Part shown: in pieces, positions 29,301-44,300 of the stretch
How positions within the stretch are numbered: the stretch's first letter is position 1
Layout of the letters: each line of letters begins with the position of its first letter
Source of the DNA: Ruditapes philippinarum
Taxonomy: Eukaryota
NCBI RefSeq assembly: GCF_026571515.1
Contig: NW_026857129.1
Coordinates: 1-64,000 of the forward strand
Reading direction: 5' to 3'
Length of the DNA stretch: 64,000 bases
The notes under the pieces: model-generated
Databases searched by the model: none
The model's input: only the letters and a program-made list of their open reading frames with translations
What the model was told of the DNA's origin: nothing
Made by a program: the position numbers and the translations under genes

Positions 29301-32300
29301 CACACATGAAACAGATATCAGGTTCAAAATGAAAAAATATGACAATTTTTAACAAAATTCAATAAAAGAAAAATTGAGCATAAAACTCATCTTTGTAAGT
29401 AAGGTACAAGAAACAAATGCAATCTTTCTTTAGGCCTAATTTATTATTCAAGTTATATTCTCTTAACTGACCTGCAACTGACCCTGCAGAAAGATTTATA
29501 CTATGATGCAATAATGTCCAAAATCTAGAGCGGAAGTTGATATGATATTTTTGTTACAAGTAATTATGGTTTTATGCTACATACCAAATATCTTATTTTC
29601 ATGGCAAAAGATTTTTATATTTCATAATTTCCGTAGAGAGGAGATTTTTTAAGTTTATACTATATGTACATAATGAAAATTAAATACTTAAGGGGCGGGG
29701 TCAATTTTGACCCCAGGGCTAAAATTTGAAGTCTACTAAACAATATTTCATGCGTTATATATCTAACTTCTAGCCTTTGTCAAAACAGAAAACATGATTT
29801 TTAAGTTTTTAATATATACATATAAGGTAAATCAATGACCCCCTGGGAAGAGGCTAATTTTGACCCCGAGGCTGTAATTTGAGTTTTATAAGATGATGTT
29901 AACACAAAATATCTAAGCTCTAGGCATTGCACTTTCAGAGGAGTAGATTTTTTAAGATTTTACAATATGTATATAATGAAAATAAAAAATCTCCGGGACG
30001 GGGCCTTTTTTGACCCAATGCTATAATTTGATTTTCTTTTGTAAAGTTTCCTTAGATGATGCTACATACAAACTATCTAAGCACTAGGCCTTGCACCCCT
30101 AGGGCAAGGCCAATTTTGACCCCAGGGATAACATTTGAGCATTTTTTTAGAGTTTTATGAAACAATGCTACACACAAAATATCTAATTTCTGGAAACAAA
30201 GTGATACCTCGGAAGCATTTATCACAACAAAATAACATAAGAATTGCAGACTCGGTTTGATTGAGTTTGTACCTGAGGGCTTGCACTTTCAGAGAAAGTT
30301 CAATTGAGCAGAACCACTTGAACAATTTTAGTAAAGATTCATGCTATAAGCATCCAAGGAAAATTTCATAAATTTTGCACCGTGGTTTCTGAGAAAGGTC
30401 ATTTGTATAAAAAGTTGACGTCGGATGCACCGACGCACTGACGGTCGCCGGACAAATTGTGATCACAAAAGCTGACATTGAGCGCTTTTTGCTCAGATGA
30501 GCTAAAAAAGGACAATACCTTCAAAATAGGCAAGACTTCAATTTCAATTCAAATAGTTTATTTACGTCTCATCACATGTACAACACATATATCACAATCA
30601 AAATAGATAAAACTGGTATAAGTACATATTCCATTCAATATAGAATTATATGAGACGTGTAAGCAAAGCTTACGTCTATAGGTAAATATAGTAAAAGATC
30701 ATATTTACATACTTAAATGATTAGATCTATACACACTTATAATAAAAGAATTGGGAATGCTGTGAATCTATTATTTTTAAGCTTTCATAGTCCTACTAAT
30801 GTGTCTAAAAGTCTATATATAAATTAAAACAATTCACTAGTCTGATGTACAACAGTTGTAATGAAAGTTAAGAGAAATAAAACTAAAACTCCGCGAGTCG
30901 GATGTGTCGCCTTGTGAACAATATAGTTTAGGAGAAATGGCCACGACAAAAATGAAATTTGAAAATCAACAAAGGGCAATAACTCAAAAAATAAGAAATG
31001 CAGAGCAGCAGTTTCTGTGCACTGCACTTCTTATCAATAAGATCTATCATCCTATTAAGTTTCAAGTCTAAAGCTTTTTGGTTTATGAGAAATGGCCTGG
31101 ACAAAAATAAAGTATGAAAATTAACAAAGGGCAATAACTCAAAAAATAAGAAATGCAGACAACCAATTCTTGGGCACTGCACTTCTTCTTAATGAGATCT
31201 ATCACCCTATGAAGTTTCATGTCCATAGCTTTTATTCAGGAGAAATGGCCCGGACAAAAATAAAGTATGAAAATTAACAAAGAGCAATAACTCAAAAATA
31301 AGAAATGCAGAGTACCAGTTCTTGTGCACTGCACTTTTTCTGAATGAGATCTATCATCCTATGAAGTTTCAAGTCCATAAATTTCATACTTTAGCAGAAA
31401 TGGCCAGGACAAAAATAAAGTATGAAAATTAATAAAGGGCAATAACTCAAAAAATAAGAAGTGCAGAGTACCGGTTCTTGTGCACTGCACTTTGGGTCAT
31501 TATAAGAAGCATGCATACCAAGTTTGAAGTCAATCCAACTTATAATGACTGACTTATGCTCCGGACAAGCTTAAGGGGACGCCGACGCCGACAACGACGC
31601 CGACACCGCCGACAAAAGTAACCCCTATATGTCGCCCTTTTCAAGGCGAAACAAAATCTAAAATGTATAATAATGAAATGAATTCTATCTGTAAGATTCG
31701 CAACACTCTATCTTAAAATACCTACTTAATAAAAGGAATAGTGACCTACAATAAAGTTAAAGACGTCTATGTTTTAAAATATTAAAGCATGCTTTGGCTG
31801 TAAACTTAGTCATACATGGATTACCAAAAACGTTATACATTTTCTCCACATCAGTTGTCAAAATTATTAACAGTTGTTCTTGCAGATTCAAATAGGTCTT
31901 TCCTGAATTGTAAATAGAGTCGACAGTGTAACATAACATGTATCTCATCTTCTACGGTATCAGTACAGTTAAAACAAGTTCTTTCATGTACTAACAGATT
32001 TTCATACCTTCCCGTTTCCAATCTTATCGGTGCAACACCGCATCTAAATAATGTCATATCTCTTCGATAATGAAAAGGCAAATGTTGTTTTACATAAGTT
32101 TCAGTTTCAAAATCATTCTTGAACATTCTATATGTTCTTAGCTTATTTCTACCATTTCCTGATATTGATGACACACGCTCTAATGATTGTTTCCATTTAT
32201 TAACTTCTACATCTTTTCCTCAATTTTTGTTACAATTTCTTTAGTATGCACTTGATTTGTGTAAAAATAAATCTGGTCTTCAAAATTAATATTTTGCAAC

Positions 32301-35300
32301 ATTTCAGTAATTCGAAAAAACTATTCTTACACCTAATACTAGCTACTGATCTTGACCAATTAAAGACTTTTTATTCAATCTTGAGTCATGCATATTTAAC
32401 ATTCTACAGTGTTGTCTTATAACAGCGCCCCATTGCTGAACTATCAGTGGCTTCCAGCCCATCTCACCTAGGACTGCTGAATTTGGGGTGTATTTACTTA
32501 CCCCTAGAAAATAACGCATTGCCCTATTATGGATAGCATTTATACACGAATATGACTTATCTCCCCATATCGGGGCTGCATAGCTAATAACAGGCCTGAC
32601 AATAGAATCATAAAGTTTTGTAAAGGTAGAGAACTGAAAGCCACCAAAAGTTTTACATTTGGAAATAATAAGACCATGTGCTCTTCCTGCAGAGAGAGCT
32701 ACATTCTTAGCAATTTCAGCAAAATTCAAAAATTCATTTAAATAACACCAAGATACTTATAACTATGTGCAACAGGTATCAGTGTCGAACCTATACTAAA
32801 AACATGATTTGTTAAGACACAACTATTTGTTCTGAAATGAACTACATTTGATTTATCCCCATTATCACTCATTTTATTATTAATACACCAGACACTGAGA
32901 ATGTCAAGCAAACTTTGTTAATCCCTAGCAGATTCAGCAATAAGCACAACGTCGTCTGCTTATAGTAAAATATTGATGATATCATCATTGAATTTAACTC
33001 CTATACCTGATTCTTTAATAACCGTAACTAAGTCATTGATATAAAAATTAAATAAAATTGGCGACTAAGGACAGCCTTGTTTAAGACCACATTTGACTTC
33101 AAACCACCGAGAATCAAACCTATTTAGTCTTATGCAACATTTAACATCTTTATAAAGCGACATAACCGCTTGAAAAAGTTTGCCTTGCTGTCCATATTTT
33201 TCTATTTTCGTCCACAACAAATGTCTTAGGATAAAGTCATATGCTTTTCTAAAATCTATAAATGCTGTAAATGTACTTTTTAAAAAAAGTTTTCTTGTTT
33301 CTATGATATTGGTTAATGTTTGTACATGGTCAATAGTACTTTTACCTTTTATAAACCCATTCTGCTCATCATGAATAATTTCATTTGATATACACCATTT
33401 CTTTATACGTTCATTTTATACACTACAGTAAATTTTATAAATGGAAGGAGCTAAAGTGATACCTCTGTATGATAGAGGATCTCTAGGGTCAGATGTTGAT
33501 GATTTTGGAACTGGTGTTATAATTCCTTTGGACCAGGCAGATGGTACCTTTCCTGTCTTATAACTGTTACAGTAATTGAAAACATTTACAAGCGTATAAA
33601 GGGCCGAATTATTTTTTTAAAAGCTCTGCAGGTATATTGTCAAAACCTGGCGATTTACCCGATTTAGCTCGTAAAATTGCTTGATGAGTTTCCGCAATTG
33701 ATATATTTTCGTCATCAACATCTATCCTATTGAGATTGGCGTCTATCAATGGCATTACATAAGAGGCGTCATTTTCATCATTTGTGTTCAAGAGACCAGA
33801 ATAGTCATGTGCCTATTTATCTAATACTTGACCAGCATTTTTGTTAATGGAACCATCAGGCCTAACTACTTCAAAAGGTATCTTATTCATTCTTTCATTT
33901 CCAATTCCTATCTTACCAATTTCTTTCCAACAATCATTTGTGTTCTTATCAATAAGATCATGAATTTTATTCTGGGCATGAGATACATAGCTTCTCTTAG
34001 TCGGTTGGACACAACGGTCAAAAAGCCTTCTCTTTTCAACATACCGGTATTGTTGTTTAAACTTTTTCTTTTCATGTGAAGTAGATTTCAACCATGATTT
34101 TTCAGATTTACTCATATCAGACCACAAAATAGAGAATTCATTAGTCCACCACGGCTTACTGGTTCGTAAGTTTTTATATGTGCGCCTGGATGTGGTGAAT
34201 TTAACACATTTATGTTGTAACTTCTCTGTCATTTCTGCATTAAATATTTCAACTAAATTTTCATAAGCTAAATCAAGTTTTGTTTGAGAATTATTAACAG
34301 TGTCTAAAGAAATAACCAATTCATTTAACTTTTGTACAACAACATTTCCTGATAAAAAATCATCAAGGACATTTTTTGTATCATAGATAATTTTATTTAA
34401 TGTAATGTTTTCTTCCGTACAACCATCATCATATGATTCACTACTAATGTTTAATGACAAAATCTACACATGATGCTCCTTGTGGACCAATAAATGTAAA
34501 ATCATTGTTAATAGAATTTCTTCCATTTAAAATGCAAAAATTTATATCTTCTAAACAATCAGTTAAAACATTACCATAACTGTGAAGAGTTAAATCTAAA
34601 ACATCTCGTTCTGGGATATCATCAATCCCTGGTATATAGTCAAGGTTGTCTGAGCAACGACTGTTAAAATCCCCACAAATATACATGAGAGACATATCAC
34701 ATCACGCTGATAAGTGTGTACTTGTCACATTATATTTTCTTAAAAATCATACACATCAATTTGCCTTGTAGAATTTTGGGGAGGTAAGTAACAAACACAT
34801 ATACCTTTCTTAACCGTAACATCATTTTTATATGCTAATTTCAACCATAAAATTCCCTCAAAATTATTATCTAAAATTTCACAATTAAAATCAGTTAAAA
34901 TTGAATTCTTTATAAGAAAGCCAACACCACCTGAGCCGGTTTTAGATTTCTTATGAAGATTTTTTCTATTCTGACCAAACCAATTATAGCCATCAATACA
35001 TAATTATGTTTTCATTATTTTTAAATGAGTCTCAGCCAAGCCAATGATATCACAATTACAGAAATTTATACAAGTTTCTCTTAATTTATAACTAGCTGAT
35101 GCTTTATTAATGTTCCAGCCTCTAATATTCCAAAAGCTGCATGCTTACTCCTAGTGTTTCCTACCATGTCCTTGTGCTTGTCTGCAGTCATTGCCATTAG
35201 CTTGCCTGTATGAGTTTTGTTGTCTTTTAAAAGAATGCCTTTTGCTATTATCATGGTCGTTGTTATGACGATTGTTATGGCTACCTCTTTCTTTTCTACT

Positions 35301-38300
35301 TTCATAATATGTTTTCACATTGTATCTATTGTTTCGCTCACTTTCACCATTCCTATCATGGTTGTTTCTGTCATTTTCCCTCACACTATCACGATGAGAT
35401 TTCACAGTGACTCTGGAACCACGTATATTTAGATTTTGGAAATTGACACTTTTCATACTATCAATGATTTTTTAAGGTTGTTTGCATGTGTTCTTTCCTC
35501 TTTACTTTGGTCACCATGAATGCACACTTTAGAATACTGACTATGATTTCTAAGAGAACTTTTTACCTTCATAACAGATGACTTATCTTCACTGCACGAC
35601 ATGCGTGCCACTATCACTCTGGGTCCTGAACTTCTACCACCATCTGACACTCCTTTCCTTTCAGCTAGAACTGCCTTCACCGGGAGTTTTAAACCATTCT
35701 TAAAAATGTTATTAACTGTCTGAATCGTGTCCTCACTAGTCGTTTTATGTACATTGCGCAAAACATGTTTAGCCGATTTATCAATGTAGCTGTAATTTTG
35801 TTCCCTGCAGACCCGCAAGTGTAGTCTTGACATCACCAATGGCCTGTTTATTGTCTTCGATTGAGCTCTTTTCCTCTAACTAAATATCTTTTGTACTGTC
35901 TTCAACATACTGTTTCAATTTTGACATTTCTTTATGAAACCGCTTATCAATATTGTTAGCAGTTTTCTGTTCGGAGTCCTTAATTTTCTGATTAACACTT
36001 TTCTCTACAGTATCTATTCGTTTATGCACTGATTCTATCATACTACGAATATCAGTGTTAATGCGGTGCATATTTACAGACATTAGTTTCATATCACATG
36101 TCATGTTAAAAATCATTTTAGCAAGATCTGGTATTTGTAAATTCTCAAAATCTGGTTTTTCTGGCTCCTTACCGTTTATTTCAGCAACAACAACAACTTC
36201 AGTCTTTTCAATGTGTGAATTCACCTTTTTCTTTTTCACTTGCGGTGTAGGTTCATCAATATTTAAAATAATATCATCTGGTAAGGAATTGTTCCTTTTC
36301 CTTTTAACTGGTGTAGACACAACACTCACTTGTGACGACATGACTTCTGTGACATATTTATCACTGTCAGTGAACTGGCATGGTAAGAAAATATCACTTA
36401 ACTTGTCCGTAGTAGTTATAGACATTTTCAGTTATTAAAATCAATTATAATGCCTCCAAATTCAAAATTTCTTTACCACGAAAACTGATGACAAAACTTT
36501 AGAACCGGTGCAGCAGGTACAAATAGGCCCGACAAAATCATCCGCCTCACCTGTCCAAAATATTTACCAAATTTTGGACTGTGTAACCGAATATAGCCAC
36601 TAATACTCTGCACAAATGTTCAATAACTGTCTAAGTTCCTTTAGCTATCAAGACACCAAGACAGAGTAACGGTTCTTTTTACACTGCACATTTACCAAAT
36701 AAATGTATCTACCCGAGAACTTATATGTTGATATCTCTTATAGTTTCAGGGTTAAGTTCCGGACAATTTATCACAGAGTAAAAATGTAAAAATGAACAAA
36801 AGGCAAATTACTCCAAAATTAGGCAAAGCAGAATCACAGTTCTTTTGCACTGTACTTTTACTCAGTGCGCTCTATCTACTTAATAGTTTCTTGTTGATAC
36901 CTTTTGTAGTTTCAGGGTTATATCCTGGACTAGACAAAGGGACAACGGACATGCCAAGATTTTGGGTTTTTGTGCTTTTTACCAATATAATGACTCGTGT
37001 CTTCTTTACTAAATATGTTAATATCATGTTTGGTATGATAACTTTAGGTGGCGAATTGCTCACTTAGGTCAAGGTTACCAGACAAAATGAAAAAAATGTT
37101 TTTTTTTACAATTTTGCTAATGAAGCCTGTATTAATTGACTGATGACTTTTTTATTTGGTTGGTAGATTTCTTGTGTTGGCCTCTCACTTAGGATACAGT
37201 TACTGGGGTCCAGGCCACTGGTGTATAAAATTTTATACAAAAATCTAGACGACCAGTTTTTTGGTATCATTTTCTCTATTAATAAAATGCACTTTGCACA
37301 AATGGCAATGGTGAAGGTCTTCTGAATGCCGCCCCACGATACCAATACCAGGTTATTCGTACTGAATTTCAAGACCATCACCCGAATGACTTTGGCCAAG
37401 GACAACGTTCCTTGCATGTACGTAGGTGGACAAAACCATTTTGCATAAGCACCGCATCCGTGTCCCACTTTGGCCAGCCAAAAGTGCTGATTTATATAAA
37501 TATATTATTGAAAATAAATTTGTCGTACCTACGAAAGGGCAAAGTAAAGACACGTCGGCAACTTTTAACTTTGAATGACTCGGCAACGTTAGTCATTCAA
37601 TTTTCGGACCATATTCCATATTAAAAATACGCCATATCCATGTGTATCCCAAGAGCCCACTGTAAGGCAGTAATGCAGCTAGATGAGGTCGGTAACACGG
37701 TAGTTCATAGAATTAACTCAGATCCGTTTTTATTTTTTACTCTGTTGGTGATAGTGACTATTGTACACAAATTCGCCTCCGTGGTCGTGGGATTAGAGTC
37801 GATGACTTCTAATCCAGTTACCTCTCTGGCGTGGGTTCGATTCCCTGAAGATGCTTTGGTAGTTTAGCACGGAGGAAGGTAATCTAGTACTGGTGTTACT
37901 CTCCAGGAACGATGGTTAGGAAACTACCCGCCTATATGACTGAAATATGTTTGGAAAAGGCGTAAAATGAAACAAACAAACAAACAAACAAACAAACAAA
38001 ACCACAAATTAGCATAAAATTGCATGATCAGGGGCGTTGCTAGACCGAAATTGATGTTACGCACAGTTTCGCGGGGGGTTAAGGGGGCCGTTATAGCCCC
38101 CTTTGCAGTCCAAAAAATTTAAATTTAATATTTAATAGATTATGCAATAAGATTTGTGTTAATATGCGCCGTGATTTACAGTACTATATAATTGCTTGAT
38201 CGTATAACAATATTTCAAGGAGTCTTTGATGAACGTTATACGTTTTAAGGATATACATTGCATGAATTTACCAGCAGATAAATATCGCTGTCACTTAATC

Positions 38301-41300
38301 AGCAAATAAAAGTGACATACGGCGATTTTTACGTCGTGCAAAAGTATCTACCACAACGTCAGCCTGAATCCCCCTGTCTCTGTGAATTTGCAAAAGTCCT
38401 AAGCCCGAGAGACGACCAGTGGTCATTGTTGACCGCAAGAACGTCTTCAGCCTTCTCATGCTGCTAAATGAACGTTCAGCGCTAGCGGTAGACACTGGCA
38501 TTGCCAGGTGCAAATGGAGGCACCTGTTAACATTTGGTTACAGCTCTGTCGGTAAATCCTGTAGCACAGATTCTATTGTTGACGGAGCCTGCAACATCGA
38601 AGATTCGCACCGTGTCTCCCAGCATCCACATTTGCACAAAAAGGTTTTCCCGATCGTCCACCAAATCCTCTTGTACGATAGAATAAATTTCATCCATCCG
38701 TTGACAGTCCAAGTCGACTACCCTGTCTGGCAAGAGAAACTATCCATCGTATCCATCGTTATTCTGAAGAAGGCGATTTTCTATCTTGGAAACAAGGTGA
38801 TCCACCAATGGCAGATACATGTTGATCCGCCAGTACTCTAATGGAGTTTGAGAGGGTGCATTAGGGCGATTTTCCCAGTGCTTAATTTATTTATTTATTT
38901 ATGGGCGAGCGTTTTCATTAGTATCATTTCATCAATTTTTAAATTTACAGAAATTAATGCCTTTTCTTCTTATTTTAGATTTTTGTTTCTCAATTTACGA
39001 ATCGTTACGAACTAAAAACTAAGATGTTATCAGTTACAACGCAGTCATGACTGTCATCTTTGCTCAATGTTCGCGTAGCAGTCAAACGTCTGCATGATAT
39101 CATCTTCGCACGTGGTTCTGTTTCTAGCGCCACAATGAATCGCTTGGAAGTGACTGTCATTTACTTATAAAACATAATACAAGAAAACTTATTTGTTTTG
39201 AGCGAATATGCATATATCACACGGAAAATTGTGCTACGCTTTTGTTGCAATTGTTCATATCTCAACCTGGTATATAGCATATTCATTCAATCATAATAAG
39301 CATATATCATCTAATTCTATGCAATTTGGTTCCACTGTGTATAAGCAGTAAATATTCATATATATTCGTGTTAGTTCTTTACTGAATTTATTTAACGAGT
39401 TGAATAAAATAATATTTTGCTCCCGAGACATAATATTATTTTTTTTCAACTCGTTCAATAAGAATATATTCAGTATTTGAATAAAACAATGTTTTCCTCG
39501 CAAGAGGCTCGCTTAATATGATTTTATTCAACTTGTTCAATAATTTCAGTATTGAACTTACACTAATTCATTATCCTCTACTTATCACATAATCGTGTTG
39601 ATTTTAAAATTTGATTTTTTTTTCATTGACGCGACTAAAGTGTTAAAGTGTGATAGAATGACGTTATGGTTATAATGCTACTTTACATGTCATGAAAAAC
39701 AAGAGACGTTATGTGATTTATTTAATAATTTTATGATATGTTATTTTGTATGTTTATGACCATATTCAACGCATATTTACTTTATGCCTATACATGTGTT
39801 GAACTAAAAGAGATATACAAATATATATTTTTAAACTTACACAATAATGAATAAAAGAACTCAATATACTGTAATGTTTATCTGTACCTAAGAACAATAG
39901 CCATTTGCTTCATGGTCGCTGCATCTGTGGCCTTGTCGAATGGAGCGACGTTGCATGCCTCCACAATTGTTTTACTGATGATCTCGCCACATATAGAGAT
40001 TAACTCGTTTTGGATTTTTGGCGAGGTGTATTTCGTACGAGGATTGCCGTTTTCAAGGTGGTCTCGTAAGACTGTAATATGCTTTGCCTGAGGTTGAAGA
40101 ATAGCGGCGAAGTTACTCCTGTCGTCTTGGTGACCCCGAATCGCAATATTCTGCCTTCCGCACAATATCAAAGTGTCCACAATAGCAACTAATATTTTCC
40201 GGTTTTTCTCAACGGTCTGTTCATGTGCGCTCGATAGACTGCATACTATGTCCTTTTTGTCTCCGGTTATCACAGAAATAAAGTTGTGGGCAGCCTCGCA
40301 GGATTCTCTATGCAATTTTGAAACTGCATGAGCTTGAATGGTTTTTCCGATGTTGCTGGGGTCGACTAGAGGGACAGTTGCGAGTGATTTTTGTTTAGAG
40401 ATTTCACCTTTACCACTGAATAAACAAGATTGCATTTGAGAAAAATGCTATGCCACCGCATTAATACAACACTAAATAGTAGTGTAGGAACAGATTTTTT
40501 TTGTTTCTATACAATTGAAGATTGTCATAATGCATAGATCCCTGACCTATCTAATTCTTATTATCAGATTAGTGGTTAAATCTATTGTTAATCCAATAAA
40601 AGATCAGAGTAGGAATATATCAATGCACTTGAGTCTAGTGAATTTGGTGGTGAAGGTCATATTTCACACAGCCTAAATTTCATGACTACATCAAAGGACA
40701 ACACAGTAAGACACTTTGTCAAAATCTAGGTCAGCTGATATCAAAGTTCACTTTACATCTTAATCTGTGCACATGGTTCAAATTTCATAGCTGTACATCA
40801 AAGGACAAGAAAGTAGGTCACATCATCAAAATCTAGGTCACCTGATATCAAAGTTCAATTTTACAACTAAAACTGTGCACATGGTCAAAATTTCATTGCT
40901 GTACATCAAAGGACAAGAAAGTAGGTCACTGTCCCCTTGTGCAAGGAAAAATTGTGACCCAAGGGTTTAATTCAAAACAATCTTGAGACATGTCCACCAA
41001 ACAACATCAAATATCTAAGCTGAAGCTTTCTCCCATTCAGTAAACATTTGTTTTATTTTCTTTTTTACTATGTGTACATAATGAGAATAACTGCCCCTGG
41101 GCAGGGCCAATTTTGACACCAGGGGAAAAATTTGAACAACTTTGGTAGAGGACCCATAGATGATATTATATAATATAGCAAACATCACAGATCTATGCCT
41201 TGTACCTTCAGACAAAATATTTTTTTAATTTTTTTACTATATGTTCATAATAAAAATCAATGACCCCCCGGGGCGGAACCAATTTTGACCCCAGGGCAAT

Positions 41301-44300
41301 AATTTGAATAATCTTGATAAAGGTTCACTTCGCAAAGTCACATGCCATATACTTAACCTCTAGTCAAATATCAAAGCTCTAAGCCATGTACCTTCAGACA
41401 TTAAGATTTTTTAATTTTTCACTAAATGTACATATTGAAAATCAATGACCCCTGGGGTTTGGGCCAATTTTGACCCCAGGGCTGTAATTTGTACAATCAT
41501 GCTAGAGGTTCACTACACAATGTTTCATACAAAATATCTTAACACTAGCCTTTGTAAATTTAGAGATGATTTTTTAATTTTTTACTATATACATATATGG
41601 AAAACCTATGGCCCCCGTGCAGGGCTAATTTTGACACTAGAGGCAAAATTTGAACAAATTTGGTAGAGTACCTATAGATGATATCATTTTACAAATATTA
41701 AAGCTCTAAGCCTTGTACCTTTTTCTATATTTATATATTGAAAATCAATGACCCCCGGGGCGGGGGCAATTTTGACCCCAGGGCTATAATTTGAACAATC
41801 TTGCTAGAGGTTCACTTCACAATATTTGATTCAAAATATCTAACCTCTAGCATTTGTCAATTGATAGAAGAAATTTTTTAAAAGTTTTTACTATAAGTTT
41901 TACTTCACTTCAGTGTTGTTATATTTTCTGGTCCTTCGGGATCATTGATGCCAACACTATAAAGTGTTGAGAATTGAGTACCGCTCAAGCCGGTGCTAGG
42001 GGGCGTGAGGGATGTTGCACTTATTCATTATCCCTCATGTACAGACTCAATCAAACCGAGTCTGCAATTCTTATGTTATTTTGTTGTGATTAATGCTTCC
42101 GAGGGATCACTTTGTTTCCAGAATTTTTTACTACATACATACATAAGGAAAACCAATGACCAACGGGGCGGGCCGATTTTGACCCCAGAGCTATAATTTG
42201 AACAATCTCGGTAGATGTCTACCAGACAATGCCTTATGCAAAGTATCTAAGCTCTAGGCCTTTTAGGTCTTTACAAGAAGGTATTTGAAGTTTTTACTAT
42301 ATGTACATATATTGAAAATCAATGACCCCCGGGGTTGGGCCGATTTTGACCCCAGGGCTATAATAATTTGAACAATCTTGGTAAGGGTCTACTAGACAAT
42401 GCCTTTTGCAAAATATCTAAGCTCTAGGCCTTTTGGGTCTTTACAAGAAGGTATTTTAATTTTTATGTAAAGGGAACTATAGGCCTAGCGATACTTTTTA
42501 ACTAACAGAGATAGGTCAAAAACATTTGTACTTAAATACAAACAACTAGATTCTAGACCTAGCTCTAATCTAGTTAATCAATCACAAAAGGTTAATAAAT
42601 ATAAGCCCCATACTTGCTCGGAAATGCGTAATGATGAACAGAGTCCCATTTTGCGTTTAGAAGATGGGTCTTTTCGTTAGCGTCTAGTGACTGCTTCAAG
42701 AAAACATCTCCGTAACAAGGGTCACAACATTTATCGCTCGCCATTTTAAAAAATAAGCGCGCTATGTAACGTTTTAAGGGGAATATCATTGATATTTTGT
42801 TCACATTTGCTTCAACTATTACCCTGTAAGCCATTAGTCTGCACACAGCAATACATGTATTAGAATAATACTTTAACCATCTTTGGGTTTCCATTTTATC
42901 TGTTTGCAAGTTTTACTCTTTTTTTATGTACAGGATTAATCATGTAATAATGTTTATAACTTTCTATATAAGAATTGATATCTAAAGATATACCTGACAT
43001 AAAATTGTAAAATCTATTGAAATAAGTAGTAAGAAGTTACAGATTAATGGCATAATATGATATACTTATAATCTTAAAAGAAGCTGTCCAAGGCTTTTGA
43101 CCGTGGGGAAGGTATGCAATAAATATCTATCATTGTAACAAACAAGTTGTATGATCTCTGTATCTTTAAATCGTGAATCTATAAATCGTTCATCAATATA
43201 TATTGATTTACAAGCAAGAAACAATATAAGATAAACCGTCAAACACCAGCGGACTTGGAAGCAATATGGATACTTTACTAGCACTTGTAAATATGCTACT
43301 CAACTTTTACTAAGCACCATAAGTTTTTTTTATTATCACAAGTATAAAACATATTTCTTTTCAATTTTTGATAATTCCTATTTAGCAATGTTTTGAGATA
43401 GTCCCTTGACATGACTCCTTGTTGACTTATCCATTACAACTTGTATTGGTAGCATAAAAAGCATGCACCCCCATATTTTCATGTTTTTGATGGGGTGTAC
43501 AATCATATGACTTTTGTTATACTGCGACATTACCGGTTAAATGTCATTGAATGGCTTACATTTCTTACATCTGTCACTTTGATAAGGCGAATGCTAACAT
43601 AAGGCGGTATTTGAGAGAAGTAGAAGTATGGAGGGCTGTAGGGATGGTTCAGCTTGGGGCACCTTCCGCCAGGTAGGTGCGGCGCTCGGTGTACACCACA
43701 TAGTCTTTACCAGAGCCTGTGAGATATACTGGCTACATGGTGCACCCGCTAGGAGGCATGCTGGAGGCAGGCAAAGGGTCGCAACGCCAGCTCAGGACCG
43801 GTTTATGGTTGTTAAGCCACGTCGAGAAATGTTTTCGACAGCAACTTCTTTTCGAAATGACATTGCTTATGCTGCGGAGGTCCGTGTTTCCAAGCAAACG
43901 GTACGTATAAGGCTGCATGAAGGTGATTAGTGTCTAGAAGACTTTGCATACGTATCCCCTTGACGCATCGACATACAAAGTCCCGTTTGGAATGGACCAT
44001 GGAACATTCACGATGGACCATGCACACTGGAGACTCGTTCAGTTCACTTATGAGTACAGGTTCTGCCTAGACTTCGCAGATCAGCGTGCCACAGTCTGGA
44101 GAAGACAAGGTGAACAGTTTCATGCTGCAAATATTGCATGACCGCTACGGAGGTGGGTCAGTTGGTGTGGGGAGGTGGCATCAGTTTTGATGGACGACCT
44201 TGCTGTGCTAGAAAGAGACACATTGACAGGTCAGCGCTACATAGACGACGTGTTAGACTACCAGGTTAGGCTGTATGCTGGAGCAGTCAGTCTGCGATCA

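Larger units (their letters stand above)
38029..42780 (-). mobile_element. hAT transposon relic (DUF4371 / PRKRIR-ZMYM-like transposase), fragmented by insertions
   Basis: caggggcgt end at 38029; hAT dimerisation motif AMPVSTASAERSFS..RRLKTFLRSTM (38295-38513); CGRQNIAIRGH..YTSPKIQNELI (39878-40420); putative N-terminus at 42620-42743; second TIR not found. Confidence 0.82.

Noticed and set aside
36960-37650. Possible non-autonomous DNA transposon or ORFs 37106..37624
   Set aside because: I could not define termini and the ORFs show no recognisable motifs.
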